Origin: Bacteroidales bacterium
Lineage (GTDB): Bacteria > Bacteroidota > Bacteroidia > Bacteroidales > JAADJA01
DNA length: 64,000 bases
Direction of reading: 5' to 3'
Assembly (NCBI GenBank): GCA_020052415.1
Contig: JAGVPB010000078.1
Coordinates: forward strand, 146,642-210,641
Shown here: positions 60,228 through 64,000 of the stretch, piece by piece
How the letters are laid out: each line of letters starts with the position of its first letter
Numbering within the stretch: the stretch's first letter is position 1
Notes under the pieces: model-generated
What the model was told of the DNA's origin: nothing
The model's database searches: none
The model's input: the letters and a program-made list of their open reading frames with translations, nothing else
Made by a program: the position numbers and the translations under genes

Positions 60228-60713
60228 TTATTTTTCAAATAAACTTAATTGGGCATTTTTTTGTTCATGTTCAAGAAGCCACTTTTTACGCCATAATCCG
60301 CCGGCATATCCCGTGAGGCCTCCATCCGAACCAATTACCCTGTGACAGGGGACAATAATTGAAACCGGATTGCTGCCGTTGGCTTTTCCCACTGCACGTA
60401 TGGATTTTATGTCGGATATTTTTTTGGCGATGTCGGAATAAGTTATCGTTCGTCCATAACTGATTTTAATTAATTCGTCCCAAACCCTTTTCTGGAATTC
60501 GGTTCCCTGAAGGTCAAGCTCAAGATCAAAATCAGTGCGGGTTCCTTCAAAATATTCTTTAAGCTGCTTTTTACAATCGTCGAAAATCCAGCCCGGATCG
60601 TTCTCCGGTAAATGCTGATCAACAAAAATCAGGGAGGAAATTCCTTTTCCTGAATGCTTGAGTTCAATTGTTCCAAGCGGTGAATTGAAATAGGAAGTTT
60701 CCTGAATAATCAT
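60228..60713 (-). CDS. ogt: Methylated-DNA--protein-cysteine methyltransferase
   Basis: GTEFQ..VW, RAVG.ANG.NP, PCHRV, GYAGG. Confidence 0.97.
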   Translation of the reverse strand: MIIQETSYFNSPLGTIELKHSGKGISSLIFVDQHLPENDPGWIFDDCKKQLKEYFEGTRTDFDLELDLQGTEFQKRVWDELIKISYGRTITYSDIAKKISDIKSIRAVGKANGSNPVSIIVPCHRVIGSDGGLTGYAGGLWRKKWLLEHEQKNAQLSLFEK

Positions 60714-61888
60714 ACTTTCTGCGTTTTGTTTTTACTCATCAAAGATTCCAATTTATCAGTGGCGGTTTTCCAGTTGTAAGATCTCTTCACAAACTCATGA
60801 CCTTTTGCAGCTATTTTTTCAGATTTTTCAGGGTGAGTAAGCAGATCAACGATGATGCCGGCATATTCTTCCGGGGAATTTCCGATTAAGATTTCTTCTC
60901 CGTCTTTAGCTTCGAGGGCATTGTTGGCAAGGGGTGAGGTAATGCACGGAATTTTCATTGCCATAGCTTCCAGCAGCTTGTTTTGAAGTCCTGTTCCAAT
61001 CTGCATGGGCGCAATAAATATCCTGGCTTTTGCATAATATTCCCTTAAATCATCCACCCAGCCTGTGATATTCACTTTGTCACTTTTTAAAGCACACACT
61101 TCGGGATGTGGGTTAGCGCCTACAAGAACAACTGTAGTTTCGGGAAGCTGCTGATGAACCTCAGGCAATATTTTTTTTACGAGATAAACAGCCGCATTTA
61201 TGTTTGGTGGATATCCCATATTTCCAATGAAAACTATGTCATATTCTTTATTTGTAATCATGGGTTTGTAAAAATCGGTATCCACGCCATTGATCACAAT
61301 TTCGATTTTATCCCTGTCGGGGTGAGGGATCAGATCACGGTCGGGTTTCGAAATGATGGTTTTGTTATCAAAATCCTTAAAGACCTCATTTTCGTATTTG
61401 CAAAGGCGTCTGTATTCAATCCTAAGAATAGGTTTGAGGTAAAATGGAGCGGTTTTTATTCGCCTTTCAACTCCTTTTGAAAAGACATCCTGGTAGTCCA
61501 GTGTTTTTGGTAAAGGATTTCGCCTGATATATTCCGCTACCCTCAAAAGCTGGCAATAGATATGGTCGGGTTTGATTTCTTTAATGAGCGCGGTAATTTT
61601 TTTATGGGCACTTTTGTTGTAAAAATACCCTGTTTGAAAGGGCCTGCCTTTTAAAAAAGCCAGCAGGATGTTTACAAAAATCCAAAACTTAGGAAGCCGG
61701 ATCACCTCAATAGTTTTGCAAAAAGGTTCCATTGCGGCAATGTACTCGCGTTTTAAGGAAATGTCTGTCAGCGCACAAAGATGGATTTCATTGTGTTCGG
61801 AAAGGAATTTAATCTGGTTATAAGCCCGCAGTTTATCCCCTTTTTCGAGCGGGTAAGGAAACCTGGAAAGCAGTACAAAAATCTTCAT
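60710..61888 (-). CDS. GT4 glycosyltransferase
   Basis: PYP...GD.LR, NGVD, F.GNM.Y.PN, G.G.QNK.LEAMA. Confidence 0.92.
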   Translation of the reverse strand: MKIFVLLSRFPYPLEKGDKLRAYNQIKFLSEHNEIHLCALTDISLKREYIAAMEPFCKTIEVIRLPKFWIFVNILLAFLKGRPFQTGYFYNKSAHKKITALIKEIKPDHIYCQLLRVAEYIRRNPLPKTLDYQDVFSKGVERRIKTAPFYLKPILRIEYRRLCKYENEVFKDFDNKTIISKPDRDLIPHPDRDKIEIVINGVDTDFYKPMITNKEYDIVFIGNMGYPPNINAAVYLVKKILPEVHQQLPETTVVLVGANPHPEVCALKSDKVNITGWVDDLREYYAKARIFIAPMQIGTGLQNKLLEAMAMKIPCITSPLANNALEAKDGEEILIGNSPEEYAGIIVDLLTHPEKSEKIAAKGHEFVKRSYNWKTATDKLESLMSKNKTQKV

Positions 61889-61931
61889 GAGGCTCGTTGT
61901 GATTGCTGATTATCGCGGTTTCAAAAATAAA

Positions 61932-63131
61932 TTAATTTTCCATTACCTGTCTGTAAAAGTCCTCAAGCATTCGGATGATCTGAGGCATGTTGTGCTTTTC
62001 TTCAATCAGTTTTCTTGCATTTCTACCTAAAGTATCACAAAAAGCCCTGTCAGCAGTACATTTTTCGATGGCTGATAAAAATTCGTCAGGTGTATTGGCA
62101 ATTAATATATTTTCCTCATTTTTATAATCTATTCCTTCAGCTCCGATTTCAGTCGAAATTATAGCTTTTCCCAAAGCCATTCCCTCGATTATTTTAATTC
62201 GAATGCCGCTTCCTGAAAAAAGCGGTACTATCATTATTGCCTTAGAATTAATAAACTCCATAGCACTGCTAACATCGCCCAAAACTTCCACATTTACAAT
62301 TTGCATTTTTTTAAGCCTCTCCGGCATATTCCTGCCGGCAAGAAAGAGCTTAAGTTCTGGGAATTTCGGATGAACAAGCGGCCACACCTTCTCAAGAAAC
62401 CACTGAATCCCTTCAGCATTAGGAATCCAATCCATTGATCCCAAATGAAAAAGTGATGGAAATTCGTAATCATTCGAGAGAATATATTTATCAGAATTGA
62501 CACCGAAAGATAAGTCAGTCATCGGAATCCTGCATCCCTTTTCCAGGTAATATTTCTTATCCTGTTTACTGATAGTGGCAATTCCATCATATAGATTCAT
62601 GGCTGACAATTCATAATTCTTCAATTTGCGGGTAAGATATTCAAGATAAACTTTTTTTAACGGATTATTGGTTTTTTTCGAAATCCGGTTCCAAATCAGG
62701 TGTTCAATATTATGTGACCGCAGAATTATTTTAGCTTTTGAATGTTTTCGGATAGTTTCAACGTATGGTGTCATGTAAAGCATCTCAAGTTGTACAATAT
62801 CGAATTCTTGATTTTTAAGAACATCAGCTAATTTGCTATCAAACTCCCTGGAAATAAAACGATCCACATGAAGGGAGGATGACGAAAATAAATTCATGAG
62901 AGCTGCCAGAGGCTTTACACTCAAATCAATATAAATTAATTCAATTCCTGTCTTTTGATGGTATTCTTCAGGAATTTCCTTTACCGGAACAAAATATTTA
63001 TTTGTATTCATCGCCAAAACTTTAATATAATGACCGGCAGCAATCAACCCTTCAATATTCGCATTCATAGCCAGGGGTCCGCCTTCTTTTGGAGGATAGG
63101 GAGATTTATTGCAAATAAAAAGTATTTTCAT
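61932..63131 (-). CDS. GT4 glycosyltransferase
   Basis: PYPP..GG, HNIE, GSMDW.PN, GSGIRIKIIEGMA.G. Confidence 0.92.
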   Translation of the reverse strand: MKILFICNKSPYPPKEGGPLAMNANIEGLIAAGHYIKVLAMNTNKYFVPVKEIPEEYHQKTGIELIYIDLSVKPLAALMNLFSSSSLHVDRFISREFDSKLADVLKNQEFDIVQLEMLYMTPYVETIRKHSKAKIILRSHNIEHLIWNRISKKTNNPLKKVYLEYLTRKLKNYELSAMNLYDGIATISKQDKKYYLEKGCRIPMTDLSFGVNSDKYILSNDYEFPSLFHLGSMDWIPNAEGIQWFLEKVWPLVHPKFPELKLFLAGRNMPERLKKMQIVNVEVLGDVSSAMEFINSKAIMIVPLFSGSGIRIKIIEGMALGKAIISTEIGAEGIDYKNEENILIANTPDEFLSAIEKCTADRAFCDTLGRNARKLIEEKHNMPQIIRMLEDFYRQVMEN

Positions 63132-64000
63132 CAGCTTTTTTTTCCAATCAGTTTACGATAAATCTTTAGCCAGGCATCTGCATCGAGCAGCGGGGAATCG
63201 GTCGTTGCCTTTATGGTTAAAAAAAATCCCAGGGGCAGCAATACCGCCGGGGCAATCCACATTCCGTAATTGGCATCTATCACTCCCGATTTTACCGACT
63301 TCTCGCCTGTAATGGAAATGATATGAAACATGACAAAAAACAGGACGGAAACAACAACAGGTAAACCAAGGCCGCCACGCCGGATTATTGCACCCAGCGG
63401 TGCTCCGATAAAAAACAATACAAAACAGGCTACGGAAAGCGTAAATTTCCTGTGCCACTCGGCCTGGTGCTTAAATATAATTTTTGTCTTTTCCTCTTTC
63501 TCTTTTTGATAGTTCTGAATATTTTGCCTTCCTTTTCTGAGTTCGTTCATTGCCATATCAAGCAGGTCGGAACGCTGGTTTTTATCGTAATCCGCAAGAA
63601 GATCGGAAGTATATGGTTTGGCTGGCTCGAAGGACTTTTGTCTCACCGAATCAATTCGCTGATAAAAATAAAATTCTCCGATCAAATGTTTTCTGACCTG
63701 TTCTTTTTTTTCATCCAATGCCAGGGTAAGGGAGTCTTCAGCTTTATCAAGCTGCCCGATATTCAGCATAGAATAATTGTTTTTAAAAAGATCCTCATTG
63801 GTTCGGGTCATTTCAAAATCAACGAGGTTAAATTTTCTGGTTTCTTCGCTGAACCTGGTTTGCTGATGAGGGCGGTTGAAGCGGTAATTCCTTTGGTCTG
63901 TCCTTTCGAGGTAATTGTATCCGCTGTAAAGGGTAAAAAGCAGGTTCATCCTGTCAGGTGTCATTTCCATCCGGCCCGAATCGGCTATAGTTACATTAAC
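63131..64000 (-). CDS. LptF/LptG family permease, C-terminal part (5' end outside the window)
   Basis: EWHRKFTLSVAC...IGAPLGAIIRRGG.G; the frame is open to the window end. Confidence 0.9.
   Translation of the reverse strand, partial: VNVTIADSGRMEMTPDRMNLLFTLYSGYNYLERTDQRNYRFNRPHQQTRFSEETRKFNLVDFEMTRTNEDLFKNNYSMLNIGQLDKAEDSLTLALDEKKEQVRKHLIGEFYFYQRIDSVRQKSFEPAKPYTSDLLADYDKNQRSDLLDMAMNELRKGRQNIQNYQKEKEEKTKIIFKHQAEWHRKFTLSVACFVLFFIGAPLGAIIRRGGLGLPVVVSVLFFVMFHIISITGEKSVKSGVIDANYGMWIAPAVLLPLGFFLTIKATTDSPLLDADAWLKIYRKLIGKKS

Noticed and set aside
1..64000. tRNA/rRNA genes, prophage, and the many short nested or antisense ORFs in the track
   Set aside because: No cloverleaf, rRNA or phage hallmark was recognised; the short ORFs overlap well-supported genes in other frames.

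Overview
Window from a Bacteroidota chromosome, probably Bacteroidales-like (TAnnTTTG promoters, a SusC/SusD pair, a T9SS substrate). The left third (1-21.6 kb) is accessory. It holds a truncated OLD-type ATPase, three tandem HU-like genes and four very large secreted modular proteins: a BNR/VPS10 propeller-PKD protein with a cohesin-like domain, a GH57/GH119-like amylase with two starch-binding-type modules, and two BNR-PKD-CUB paralogues. All four end in the same ~220-aa 'LEGPF...HRNH...dockerin-like...QVP' module instead of a canonical T9SS tail. An AT-rich defence insert (yefM-yoeB plus a RloA/RloB ATPase-TOPRIM pair) interrupts the cluster. The rest is mostly housekeeping and envelope genes (dtd, lgt, dprA, asnS, rpoN, corA, TonB systems, hutH, hisS, ogt, glycosyltransferases, LptF/G). 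It also carries an IS200-like/REP-associated transposase, a precise internal-deletion derivative of it, and several families of intergenic palindromes and short tandem repeats. The most notable candidate system is a possible cohesin-dockerin-like ('amylosome-like') secreted assembly. All domain calls are by eye from motifs; no database search was run.
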